A stretch of DNA of 64,000 bases from Cenarchaeum sp. (GCA_963693095.2 OY843768.1:1664001-1728000), one strand, 5' to 3'. Shown: positions 1 to 9,569, counted from the first letter of the stretch. Numbers and translations are program-made. The notes: generated from the sequence alone by a model not told the origin.

Positions 1-38
1 GCAATGACTAGCAGCCCATTGTGCTTTGCTGGGTTCAT
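1..38 (-). CDS. Small winged-helix-like protein, 5' part only (runs off window); paralog of 2983..3240 and 5306..5563
   Basis: MNPAKHNGLLVIA..; upstream DNA (catcagagcc...tattaaaatgta) matches the other two copies. Confidence 0.7.
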   Translation of the reverse strand, partial: MNPAKHNGLLVI

Positions 39-259
39 CAGAGCCATTACGGTTATAACATTATTAAAATGTAGTGTGCTAATGTAGGCACGGTGGCCCT
101 ACGCACCCTACATTTTGGCACATGACAGGAGCGCAGGCACGCCGGCCACGGTGAGGAGCTCGTTGATAGGCCATCTTGCGGCAGTGTGGGCGAGTCCCCA
201 ACAGGGATATCGCGTCATGCTGTCCTGCAGTTCCTCGATGCGCACGACCCCAATATAGC

Positions 260-1087
260 TTACTCAAAGCGCACCGGTCCTAGGGGCGCATACTTTTCAA
301 TGATCTCCTCTGGCCGTGACTTGGAGATTGACGCCTTTGAATGAAAAGTGATCTCAAGTGTATCTTCTTCAATCGGCGTTCCGTTCTCCATCCGTATCTC
401 GTCTTCCAAAACACGAAAGCTCTTGGAGCTCCGCAGAGTTTCTGGATCCGGGATTGCAAAAACGGATGTGTGTGAGAGGGGGAACAGGCGCTTTCTATAC
501 TGTTCGGTGACCTTTATGCGATATGACACGTCACGATTGTTTAGCCATGGGGATTGTGTAACCGATGTTGACACAAAATCGTGTTTGTTCGAGCGAAACT
601 CGCGTGTTGTCAACATGCTGTCAAGCTCCGCAACGCCCTCCACATAACGCGAGAGCACGGTCGTGTTGTCCCATGCGTGCCGGAGTGAGACGCTGTATGC
701 GACTGCAAGCTCTTCACAGTCACGAACCATCTTGTCGAGGCCATATTTCTGGTATAGGCTGTTTAGGTTTTCGTTGTATTTGTTAACCCTAGATGCGGGC
801 ATCCTGGCGAGGTAAAGTTCATTTGTTAGTGATCTCATTTCTGGATAGCCCGCATGACTCGATACGGCTTGGTCAAATTGTATCGGAGCGTCCCCACATA
901 GCCCCATAAACTCTGGGATGCGCGTATGTGAGTCAAGGCCATGCCTGAGAACAAGATCCAGGATCACGTCGTGACGCAGTGTGGCGCACGTGCAGGGAGA
1001 CGCCCTGATCGCAGCGTCTATGTGGGGGGACAGCGAGGCGATCAGGTTGCGATCACGCAAATTCGGCGGGTTCAATGGCAGTGCCAA
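260..1087 (-). CDS. Putative ADP-ribosyltransferase-like protein (R-S-E clade), ~275 aa
   Basis: Motifs VLSRY..FVSTS..EDEIRM. Start TTG 1087 chosen by alignment with paralog 5683..6552; the ORF-track extension to 1243 is read through a MITE. Confidence 0.55.
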   Translation of the reverse strand: MALPLNPPNLRDRNLIASLSPHIDAAIRASPCTCATLRHDVILDLVLRHGLDSHTRIPEFMGLCGDAPIQFDQAVSSHAGYPEMRSLTNELYLARMPASRVNKYNENLNSLYQKYGLDKMVRDCEELAVAYSVSLRHAWDNTTVLSRYVEGVAELDSMLTTREFRSNKHDFVSTSVTQSPWLNNRDVSYRIKVTEQYRKRLFPLSHTSVFAIPDPETLRSSKSFRVLEDEIRMENGTPIEEDTLEITFHSKASISKSRPEEIIEKYAPLGPVRFE

Positions 1088-1123
1088 AAATTGCCGATAT
1101 AAAATATCTGTGGGCTGATCGCA

Positions 1124-1236
1124 GTATGGGGTCAGCACCCCTCTGCTCATTTGACCAAATGGGCGTGATCCTGCCTGTCTACTTGTCACTGCGGCACCTG
1201 TCCGGGCATGAACGGGCAGGGGTGCTGACCTCATAC
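1124..1236. mobile_element. MITE copy 1 (113 bp)
   Basis: TIRs GTATGGGGTCAGCACCCCT / AGGGGTGCTGACCTCATAC; internal palindrome CATTTGACCAAATG. Confidence 0.85.
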
Positions 1237-1402
1237 CCCGCATTGGCCATTCCGGGCTCCATATGCCACAGGCCCTTGGGGGCGCCCATGGGGTCTATTT
1301 GGAGCCCCGCGGAATGCCAGTTTCGGGGAATATAGGGGAGATTATGGCGACGGCTAGGAGTGCTCTGACACTCTAAATGGCGCACATTTAAAGAAGGGAC
1401 TG

Positions 1403-1915
1403 TTGGCGAGCTGCGTGATGTCTGCGACAACTGTCCGCCACAACCCCATGCTAGCCGACAACGAAAAGACGATGGAGTTTGCAAAGGGGTTTGCCGGCGA
1501 GGACAAGAAAAAGATCGCCGAGATAGAGGAGTGGGGCAAGAGGCGCCAGAGGCGCATCGACAGGCTCTGCCACTTTGTCGGCCTCCTCGAGCAGAACGGC
1601 ATACTAAGGGAGGACGGCAAAGAGTTGTTGGGAGTTGTGCGCGAATTTGCCATCGAGCAGTGCTTTGCGATCGCCACGGCCCATAATCTAGACGACATGG
1701 AGTACCAGTTCAACGACAGCCAGTCCGGCCCCCTCTGTGCCGCCCTGGATCTTGACCTTGCAGCCGTCAAGGCCGAAAAGCCGTTCACAAGCCCCTTTGC
1801 GAATCCCGAGGACGAAAAGAGGTTCCTAGAGACAGTCAGGGGCAAGAGCACGCGTGAGCTTGGCCGAATGGCTCGACCTCTAGTGATCGAAGAGAGAGAC
1901 CGCATATACGGCTAG
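1403..1915 (+). CDS. Hypothetical helical protein
   Basis: 170-aa ORF with protein-like composition; TTTAAA box upstream; lies between two MITE copies. Confidence 0.6.
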   Translation: MASCVMSATTVRHNPMLADNEKTMEFAKGFAGEDKKKIAEIEEWGKRRQRRIDRLCHFVGLLEQNGILREDGKELLGVVREFAIEQCFAIATAHNLDDMEYQFNDSQSGPLCAALDLDLAAVKAEKPFTSPFANPEDEKRFLETVRGKSTRELGRMARPLVIEERDRIYG

Positions 1916-1977
1916 TGTGCGGGCGCGCCAGGCAGTTTGCGTGCCCTGCGCGACTATTGACGTCACGCTGCCAGCAG

Positions 1978-2091
1978 GTATGAGGTCAGCACCCCCGCCC
2001 GTTCATGTCTAGGCAGGTGCCGCAGTGGCAAGCAGAACGGCAGGATCAACGCCCATTTGGCCAAATGGGGAGCGGGGTGCTGACCTCGCAC
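1978..2091. mobile_element. MITE copy 2 (114 bp, opposite orientation to copy 1)
   Basis: TIRs GTATGAGGTCAGCACCCC / GGGGTGCTGACCTCGCAC. Confidence 0.85.
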
Positions 2092-2140
2092 CACGTCGTC
2101 TCGTCAGGATTTAATAGCGGCACAATATTCCAGTGGCGGC

Positions 2141-2503
2141 ATGGAAGCCAGCCTGAGTGATGTCAGGATCCAGGTATCACCTGACCCCGCTCAACAAGAT
2201 AAAGAAGTGGTGGTCAGAGTGAGCGCAAAAGGCCAAAAGCTGGGAGGCTGGTTCATCAGGGTGTGTGGCATTAGGGGTGACATCCAGGCACGTGCCGCAC
2301 GCATAGACGCGTACGCCGTGGCACAAACTGACGGAGCTTACACAGTTCACAACTGCCAGATTCAGACAATGGGATACACAGCCGGTGACTACATGGTAGA
2401 TGTTTCGCCGACGCCAGAATTTGAATTAAGGAACACGTGCACAAAAAAATTCGTGGTCGTGCCACAAGACAGGATCATAGCAACCATGAAACCAAAGCAG
2501 TAA
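2141..2503 (+). CDS. Hypothetical beta-rich protein
   Basis: 120-aa ATG ORF, TTTAATA box ~30 nt upstream. Confidence 0.6.
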   Translation: MEASLSDVRIQVSPDPAQQDKEVVVRVSAKGQKLGGWFIRVCGIRGDIQARAARIDAYAVAQTDGAYTVHNCQIQTMGYTAGDYMVDVSPTPEFELRNTCTKKFVVVPQDRIIATMKPKQ

Positions 2504-2515
2504 CCCACACACAGG

Positions 2516-2773
2516 ATGCCAGACCGTGATTCCAGGAAACTCTTGTTCAAGAAATACCTGGGCGTGCTCAAGAGGTCAAGTGGCGTAAAGGCCGACGTGT
2601 TAGTGGACAGAACCGACGGATACTCTGCGGCAGACATTGCGCAAATATGCGAGAACGCGTTACGGCGTAGCGTGATTCAGGGGGATTCCAAGGTCACGTC
2701 TGATGACCTGATCTGGTCATTTGAGGAACAAAAGCGGCGCAAGTCCATAGTGGACGGGATGTGTGGTGGCTGA
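2516..2773 (+). CDS. Stand-alone AAA+ lid domain (possibly a remnant)
   Basis: PDRDSRKLLF..TDGYSAADIAQICENA..VTSDDL resembles an AAA lid; no Walker motifs upstream. Confidence 0.6.
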   Translation: MPDRDSRKLLFKKYLGVLKRSSGVKADVLVDRTDGYSAADIAQICENALRRSVIQGDSKVTSDDLIWSFEEQKRRKSIVDGMCGG

Positions 2774-2982
2774 CGGGTTTTAGCATCTTGGGCTTTTGCT
2801 CGCCCGGAGCCTTGCCGGTCCGGACCCCCATGGGCTGCGATACGCCGGACATCGCCCCGCGCATGTTCGCAGGCAAAGCCTCCAGTCTCCCATTCGTACG
2901 GCATACAGGCGCGCATATGCCTTAAAACCAAAGGGCAGAGCCAGTCATGTGCAGGGCAGTAAAAAACGGATGGGGGTCTTGT

Positions 2983-3240
2983 CTAGGCGGAGATCTCTAG
3001 CTGTTCCTCGTTGAATCCCTCGACAAGACGCCACTCTTGCTCTCTTGGAGTGATCGCCTCGACGATCATCTCGGCGCGCTCGATCACGCCGATCTTTTCG
3101 GCCTCGGCGATTAGATCCCATATCTCCTTCTCGGAGAGCGGCCCTATGAGCCGCGTTATGATCTCTGCTGAAGGTACCGAGCCATAGAGGCGGAGACCCC
3201 TGACAATGTCTAGCATGCCTTTTTGCTGCGCTGCGTTCAT
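2983..3240 (-). CDS. Small winged-helix-like protein (85 aa)
   Basis: Near-identical to 5306..5563; TTTTAATA box upstream; helix-helix-helix plus beta-hairpin pattern. Confidence 0.7.
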   Translation of the reverse strand: MNAAQQKGMLDIVRGLRLYGSVPSAEIITRLIGPLSEKEIWDLIAEAEKIGVIERAEMIVEAITPREQEWRLVEGFNEEQLEISA

Positions 3241-3836
3241 CAGAGCCAGTATTGTGACGACACTATTAAAATGTAATGTGTGGGGGGCTTTTGTGCCTTG
3301 TACGAAAAGCAGTAGACTGTGCAAGGGGCGCACCCAATACACTCCAAGCCCATGGGGGGACACGGCGGGACAGACCAGACTCGACCCACGGGCAGGCCGG
3401 ACACGACCCTGGCCGCCACGAGAGGCAGGGGGCGCCCAGGAGAGTCGCGCAGGGCCGGCAGGAACCACACCTAGGAGGCGCGGGATCGTAGCGGGGCAGG
3501 CCTCATGTGCGCGATATTGACGACTGCGCCATGCTCCCCAAAGACCTTGAGGAATCGCGCATAGCGCCCCCCGTAATACAGCATCGCGCACGCCATCGGC
3601 GCGCCGTTCCCGCCCTCCCGCCCGTTGACCAGAAACTTTAGGCGCGTGTCGTGCAAAAAGCAGATCGCAGTCGCCCGGCCAAACACAAAGCGTTTCCAGT
3701 GTCCCGTGTTGGTCGCAACGGGTACGAGGGCCAGCACCTCCGAGCCATACTCGTCATGCGCGTCTGCGCACTTGCGCAGCCAGTCAGATATCCTTGTGCC
3801 ATTTTTCCTGTCGGCGCCATAAGGGGGGTTGACATA

Positions 3837-4936
3837 TACTGACGAGCAAAAGTTCGTGCCATGATCAAACTTTCCCGACCCGCATGCTATATGGATCGCC
3901 CCTCCCCACGCCCTGCATGGAAGGCCAAGAGCTGGAAGCGTTCCGCAGGGCACTCCGCGACGAGAGGGACGGCGACGTCAGGTACAGGTTTGCCGCGGTC
4001 AACATGCACGAGAACCTGGGGATGACGCGCGAGGAGGTCGCACTTGCGCTCGTGCAGTGCCCCAGGTGGGTCGGCAAGTGGGTCGCGCGCTACCGGAGTG
4101 GCGGTGTCGAGGCCCTGCGGGACCGCCCCCGCCCCGGCAGGCCGCCGCTGGTCGCGCGGCAGAAGCTTGGCCGCCTGATTGGCCGAATGCCCGGGCGCGT
4201 CACGCCCGCAGAGGTCATGCTGGAGATCGAGCGGGCCACCGGCGTGAGGTTCCACATGTCGCACGTCAGGAAAATAATGCGCAGGGCCGGCCTCTCCGCC
4301 AAGCGGACGCGCCTGGTGCACGTGAACAGGGCCGACGGGCCGACTGTCGCCGGCTGGCGGCGCCGGGTGCGGCGCGAGATAAGGCGCCTCAGGCGCGCGG
4401 GATTCACCATCGTAGTGCAGGACGAGACCATCGCCGTGCACGGCGCAGCCGACGGATCAAAGTACTGGTCGCGCGTGGGCGTCCCCGTCGTCGCCCCGTA
4501 CACCGGGGGACACAGGAGGGTCGTGGTGTACGGCGCGATCTCCACTGACGGGAAGCAGATCTTCCGGGTGCACGACAGGTTCGATGCGGAGACGTTTGTC
4601 GCGTTCCTGCGCGACATGCACAGGAAGTTCGGCAGGGTCGCCGTGATCGTCGACAGGGCGCCGCAGCACAGGGCCGCGGCGGTGAAGGACTATCTTCGCG
4701 CCCACAGGGCGGTGAGGCTGATCGAGCTGCCCACCGGCTCGCCGTACCTCAACGCGATCGAGGAGGTGTGGCGGCAGGCAAAGCGGGCGCTGCTGGTCTC
4801 CGAGCACTACCCCACCATGGTGGATATGCGGACGGCGGTGTCACGGCACTTCAGGCACACGAGGTACCGGCTCGACGTGATGGCATACCTGGGCCGGACG
4901 TCGCTGGAATGCGGCACGGACTTTTGATCGGCAGTA
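3837..4936 (+). mobile_element. IS630-family insertion sequence (~1.1 kb)
   Basis: TIRs TACTGACGAGCAAAAGTTCGTGCC / GGCACGGACTTTTGATCGGCAGTA; TA duplication at 3835-36 and 4937-38. Confidence 0.92.
3884..4927 (+). CDS. IS630 transposase (single intact ORF; start may be 3917)
   Basis: N-terminal HTH, DRPRPGRPP linker, DDE triad QDET / IVDRA / LNAIEEVW. Confidence 0.92.
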   Translation: MLYGSPLPTPCMEGQELEAFRRALRDERDGDVRYRFAAVNMHENLGMTREEVALALVQCPRWVGKWVARYRSGGVEALRDRPRPGRPPLVARQKLGRLIGRMPGRVTPAEVMLEIERATGVRFHMSHVRKIMRRAGLSAKRTRLVHVNRADGPTVAGWRRRVRREIRRLRRAGFTIVVQDETIAVHGAADGSKYWSRVGVPVVAPYTGGHRRVVVYGAISTDGKQIFRVHDRFDAETFVAFLRDMHRKFGRVAVIVDRAPQHRAAAVKDYLRAHRAVRLIELPTGSPYLNAIEEVWRQAKRALLVSEHYPTMVDMRTAVSRHFRHTRYRLDVMAYLGRTSLECGTDF

Positions 4937-5305
4937 TAGATCCTCGCATAGTCCCACGTGTGCTGCAGGCCGTCATCCCTTGGCGGCATGAGCTTTTTGT
5001 CAGCCTCCACTATCGAGTGCGGGCCGGAGCACGGGTCAAGGCAGATCGTGTCGCCAAACGCCCTGCAGACGGCATCGGCATAGACTTTGGGCGTTCCCCA
5101 GTCCTTTTTCATCGTGACTGCCCTCCGGCCTGCAGTCATTCCTGCATCCTCCAGCCTCTAGAGCGCGCCGCGTGTTGAAATGTCATCAAAGCCGCGCATT
5201 CCCGCACACCTCCCGCACTCAATCCAGCTCGCCGGATTGTACCCGTTAATAAAAAGATTAGAGGGTGATCAGCTGACCGTGTGGCTCTTGCCGATGAGGG
5301 TCAGC

Positions 5306-5563
5306 CTATGCTGCGATCTCTAGCTGTTTCACGTCGAATCCCTTGACGAGACGCCACTCTTGCTCCCTTGGAGTGATCGCCTCGACTACCATATCGGCGT
5401 GCTCAATCACGCCGATCTTTTCGGCCTCAGCGATTAGATCCCATATCTCCTTCTCGGAGAGCGGCCCTATGAGCCGCGTTATGATCTCTGCTGAAGGCAC
5501 CGAGCCATAGAGGCGGAGGCCCCTGACAATGACTAGCATGCCTCTTTGCTGCGCTGCATTCAT
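5306..5563 (-). CDS. Small winged-helix-like protein (85 aa)
   Basis: Duplicate of 2983..3240. Confidence 0.7.
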   Translation of the reverse strand: MNAAQQRGMLVIVRGLRLYGSVPSAEIITRLIGPLSEKEIWDLIAEAEKIGVIEHADMVVEAITPREQEWRLVKGFDVKQLEIAA

Positions 5564-5682
5564 CAGAGCCAGTATAGTGACGACACTATTAAAATGTAAC
5601 GTGCGTAGGCGAGCAGGAGCGCCCGTGCGCGCCGGGCATATTTAACATGTGATGTGGGCGCAGCGCTCCCAAAGGTACACCG

Positions 5683-6552
5683 CTACTTTGCCAGTACGTC
5701 GGCACGTACAGGTTTTGATGAACCCGTACATTTAATGTATACAGGCCCAAGAGGGGCATAGGCCTCAATGAGCTCTCTAACCCTCGATTTGGCCATAGGC
5801 CTCTCGCAATGAAAGGTAATCTCAAGCGTGCCATCTTCAATCGGTGTTCCGTTCTTTAGCCTGATTTCATCTTCCAAAAAGCGAAAGCTTTTTGGTCCCG
5901 GAAGAACCTCTGGATCCGAGATTGCAAAAACTGATGTGTATGTTAGCGGAGATGCATATTTTCTATAGTGATCGGTGACTTTTATGCTACATGACACATT
6001 ACGATCGTTGAACCAGGGGGACTGGGTGATTGATGTTGCCACAAACTCGTGTACGTTTGAACTAAATTGGCGTGTTGCCAACATACTTTCAAGCTCTCCG
6101 TTACCATCCATATAGCGCGAGAGTGTGGTTGTGTTATCCCACATGTACCAGAGCGAGGCATTGTATGCAACTGCAATCTCCTCACAGTCACGTACAACTC
6201 TGCCCAGGTTGTATCTCTGGTATAGACTGTTTAGACTATCGTTGCGTTCACCAATCTGGGATGTGGGTACCAAAGTGTGGTAAGTGTCGTTTATTCGTGA
6301 CCTCGTTTCTGGACTGTTCATATGTTTTGATAGAGCCTGGGAAAAATTTGCCTGGGCACCATAGCATAGCTGCTGAAATTCGGGAATGCGCCCCTGTGAA
6401 TCAAGGCCATGCTTGAGAACCAGTTCCAGAATGGCGCTAGAGCGCAGTGTGGCACACGTGCAGGGGGATGCCCTGATCGCAGCATCTATGTAAGGGGTCA
6501 AGGAGGCGATCAAGCTGCGATCACGCAAGTTTGAATTCAACAAGGGGGCCAC
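5683..6552 (-). CDS. Putative ADP-ribosyltransferase-like protein (R-S-E clade), paralog of 260..1087
   Basis: TLSRY..FVATS..EDEIRL; full-length similarity to the paralog. Confidence 0.55.
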   Translation of the reverse strand: MAPLLNSNLRDRSLIASLTPYIDAAIRASPCTCATLRSSAILELVLKHGLDSQGRIPEFQQLCYGAQANFSQALSKHMNSPETRSRINDTYHTLVPTSQIGERNDSLNSLYQRYNLGRVVRDCEEIAVAYNASLWYMWDNTTTLSRYMDGNGELESMLATRQFSSNVHEFVATSITQSPWFNDRNVSCSIKVTDHYRKYASPLTYTSVFAISDPEVLPGPKSFRFLEDEIRLKNGTPIEDGTLEITFHCERPMAKSRVRELIEAYAPLGPVYIKCTGSSKPVRADVLAK

Positions 6553-6744
6553 AGATTACCAATATAAAATACCCACGGCCTGATCGCAAAAGACCCTGTT
6601 TAGCGCTGCAGCCATGGTCGGAGTCGGCGGGTTGATACATAATTGCCGCCATCTATGACCACAGACACAACGGCGATTACCCGTGCCATGAACGGATCTC
6701 CCAGCGCAGGACGATGGTCGTTAAGACCCTAGCATAGACGCAGG

Positions 6745-6849
6745 GCTCGACTGACCGGCGACTCCCCGCAGGCCCGAACACGTTCAGGGACGCAGGCACC
6801 GGTTACCACGGCATTTCTTCATTCCTTTCGGTCAGCTCGCCCGTCGAGT
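6745..6849. ncRNA. Candidate structured small RNA
   Basis: Nested closing helices CTCGAC/GTCGAG and CTGACCG/CGGTCAG in an intergenic region; internal hairpin; strand uncertain. Confidence 0.45.
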
Positions 6850-6897
6850 GCGCCGTGGGCCGGTGCCCGCAGCGCGCCACGGGAGGGCGCGCCTATT

Positions 6898-8121
6898 TTA
6901 TCCATCGAGCATCTCCGAGGCGACCCCTGCCGCACGGCGCGCCCCGCCGGCCTCAAATGAGGCGGCAAAGGAGCGCAGTGGGCCGGCAAAGGCGCCAGGT
7001 GAGTCGAGCATCGAGGAGGCCGCCGCGGCGATCTCAGAAGGTCGACGAGCCAAGACGCCGAGGCCGCGGTCCTGAGCCCAGGCGATCTGGTTTGTGTGCT
7101 CGTCGTATATGGGAACGCCAACTATGGGTTTTGCCTTTAGTCCAAGGACCTCGCCCATCGCAGTGTGCGACCCGTTGAGGACCGCGTGCGAGCACCGGTC
7201 AAGGACCGTCTCGCGCTCGCGCTCTGAGAGGAACGCGACGTCGATCTGCAGCCAGTCAACGCCGCCCTCGAGGGCCTCGCTGACTGTGTGCGTGCCCCCG
7301 TCACGGTCAAGGACCCTGTCGATCGGCGCGCCGGGCCGCGCGTGTGAGACGACGCGCCGGCAGTCGCGCATGCGCGGATCGGCAAAGGCTGACTCGTACT
7401 TTGCGCCAGTTGCGCTGTTTGTCGGCCCGTCACCGGTCCGCATCCAGTACCCAAACTCGGCGTCACCGATAAGGCGCTCAAGGTCGCTCTCCTCGCCAGA
7501 CGGCGGTGAGGCGGCCTCGGCAAAGTGGCCGACATAGTCGACCTTGTGCATGAGTGAGGCAGGCAGGTTGAGATTCCGCTCGCAGATGCAGTTGGGCGGC
7601 GCCGAGTCGGCAACCAGTATGCGCGTTGCGCGCGCGATCTGCCTAGAGATAAACTCGGCGGCCGGACGCAGGTAAAAGCGGCTCGCATAGAGGCGCGGGC
7701 GGAACTGGTTTGTGACAAAGACGCACCTTATCGAGCGCCGCGAGGCGATGACATTGGAGCCCATGTCGCCGTCGTTGATCGCCAGATCAAAGTGCTCGCG
7801 GTCATAGAGGCGCGCCTCGGCGCGCAGGTACGAGGCGATCCTGCTAGGAAGCGTCGGGCCGCCAACGGGAACCGCAAAGTTGAGCAGCGAGCGCACGAGG
7901 CTCGGGCCGGACTCGCCGCCAATCGGCGTGGGCATGAGTATCTCGTGGATTCGAGAAGCGTCATCCGGAAAGCGCGCAAGGAGGCGCGAGAGTATGGGGT
8001 CCTTTGACGCATAGTGAAACTCAATGTCATCGCGCATCGCGCGCAGCTCAGAGTCCAGGCGCATCATGCGCGTATAGTGGCCGCCTCCCCAAGGATAGAT
8101 AAACTCGCAGACCTTGTGCAT
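6898..8121 (-). CDS. GT-B glycosyltransferase (MurG/GT28-like)
   Basis: N-terminal GGGHYTR; C-terminal NGSHTAMGE..KP..VPIYDEHTNQ. Confidence 0.8.
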   Translation of the reverse strand: MHKVCEFIYPWGGGHYTRMMRLDSELRAMRDDIEFHYASKDPILSRLLARFPDDASRIHEILMPTPIGGESGPSLVRSLLNFAVPVGGPTLPSRIASYLRAEARLYDREHFDLAINDGDMGSNVIASRRSIRCVFVTNQFRPRLYASRFYLRPAAEFISRQIARATRILVADSAPPNCICERNLNLPASLMHKVDYVGHFAEAASPPSGEESDLERLIGDAEFGYWMRTGDGPTNSATGAKYESAFADPRMRDCRRVVSHARPGAPIDRVLDRDGGTHTVSEALEGGVDWLQIDVAFLSERERETVLDRCSHAVLNGSHTAMGEVLGLKAKPIVGVPIYDEHTNQIAWAQDRGLGVLARRPSEIAAAASSMLDSPGAFAGPLRSFAASFEAGGARRAAGVASEMLDG

Positions 8122-8127
8122 TGCCGA

Positions 8128-9222
8128 TCATTCACCGCTAGCAAGCGAGTCAAGCGCGTCGTGGACCATGTTCGGCCCGACGCGCAGCGAGATGGTGCGC
8201 CGGTCAAGCTCGCGCGGGCTCGCATGGCTGCGTGACGGGCGCGCCGCGCACGCGCGCTCGATATGGCGCGCCATTGATCCAATTCCGGCAGCGGCCGCAT
8301 GCGAGTCGATGCGCGACTCGACGCCGGTCAGCGGCAGCGACGCGGCGAGGCCAGAGGCCCGCACGCGCTCGATGAGCGCATCAGAGGCGTCCTCGGCGTG
8401 AACCAGCGGCGAGGTCGGCACGCAGACGCGCCGCACGCCAGCACGCCGTGCCGAGTCGATCGCAGCATCGACTGCAGCGCCCAAAAGCGCCGAACCGCGC
8501 GCGGCTGACACCCTGACAATGTCAGCATCAGTCGAGGCGCGCGGGATCGAGGAGGCTATGCGGCATATCGGGCGCATTAGGCGCGTGCGCGCAGCATCCG
8601 TAGAGTGGACCATGACGGGCAGGACGTCATGGCCCTGGCGCAGGACCTCGAGCATGGAGACGGCCGAGAGCTCGTCATGGACGGGGCAGGCGACAGGGCC
8701 GGCGTGGAGGCCAAACGGGACGCCCCCGCGGCCGGCATCCGAGAATATGCTCACGTACGACGCCGAGGGCGCAACATGCGCGTGGAGGACCCTGTCATGG
8801 GCCGAGTCCGTGCCCGGCCGCGCGCCAGTCTGCGACGCAGACGCCACAATGGCCGACGTCGCGGCGAGCTCGGCATCACGCGGCAGGTATCCGGACGTTT
8901 TGCCGCCGACGCGCACGACAAAGCGCTCGCCCTTTAGGAGAAGGCTAGAGGCCGTCTGCGAGATGGCCGCGACGAGCGCGGCCATGCCGGTGCCTGCCAT
9001 GCGCGCTATGGAGACCTGCCCGACTCCAAAGAGGAGGCCGACTGCCGAGGACGCAAAGACGGGATCGTCAGCCTCTATGGCGATAACGTCACCGTCGCGG
9101 CGAACTGACGTGAATCCCAGCGAGCGTGACTTTAGCATCGATTTCACGTTGGAGGCAAGGAGTGCTGCGCGTCGGCGCGAAAAGGCGTTGGGAATGACGG
9201 CCACGAGGGCGCTCTGGTCCAT
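8128..9222 (-). CDS. THUMP-domain ThiI-like protein (PP-loop degenerate)
   Basis: THUMP pattern FVVRV..GRGGVPFG; the SGGxDS position reads VHDELS. Confidence 0.7.
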   Translation of the reverse strand: MDQSALVAVIPNAFSRRRAALLASNVKSMLKSRSLGFTSVRRDGDVIAIEADDPVFASSAVGLLFGVGQVSIARMAGTGMAALVAAISQTASSLLLKGERFVVRVGGKTSGYLPRDAELAATSAIVASASQTGARPGTDSAHDRVLHAHVAPSASYVSIFSDAGRGGVPFGLHAGPVACPVHDELSAVSMLEVLRQGHDVLPVMVHSTDAARTRLMRPICRIASSIPRASTDADIVRVSAARGSALLGAAVDAAIDSARRAGVRRVCVPTSPLVHAEDASDALIERVRASGLAASLPLTGVESRIDSHAAAAGIGSMARHIERACAARPSRSHASPRELDRRTISLRVGPNMVHDALDSLASGE

Positions 9223-9277
9223 GTGTGCTCCACGGGGCCCGCGGGCCTGCTTATAACTCAATTAGGCCCCCGGGGCC

Positions 9278-9342
9278 GTATGAGGTCAGCGCCGCTCTGC
9301 CCATTTGGCTAAATAGACGTGATCCTGCCGATCTATTTACCG
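9278..9342. mobile_element. MITE copy 3 (left part only)
   Basis: GTATGAGGTCAGCGCCGCTCTGCCCATTTGGCTAAATAGACGTGATCCTGCC matches the left half of the MITE. Confidence 0.7.
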
Positions 9343-9569
9343 AGACAGCGCCGCGCGAGCGAGAGCCAGGGGTGCCTGCCTCACACGCAAGGCTCGCAGG
9401 CGGTCATATGGGTAGGTACGGCGAATCAAGGGTCGGATCTGCCAAAAAACCCCAACGGGGCACTAGGCCGTGTGCGCTTGGAGTCAGGGTCACTCGCATG
9501 ACAAGCACGCCGGAGATGTGCGTGCGTAAGGCGTTGCTTTTATTAAGCCTCACAGTACGTTAGCGTGCG

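Larger units (their letters stand above)
3471..5139 (-). pseudogene. Phage-type N6-adenine DNA methyltransferase (Dam-like) interrupted by IS630
   Basis: Removing 3837-4938 restores a 188-aa ORF: DWGTP..LDPCS..ARIY|VNPPY..LVPVATNTGHW..RLKF. Confidence 0.85.

Noticed and set aside
1088-1243. N-terminal extension of ORF 260..1243
   Set aside because: Read through the MITE and promoter; the paralog has a stop in this region and starts at the equivalent of 1087
1124-2091. Proven composite transposon between inverted MITEs
   Set aside because: Outer flanks (TGATCGCA versus CACGTCGT) are not a TSD; kept only as a hypothesis
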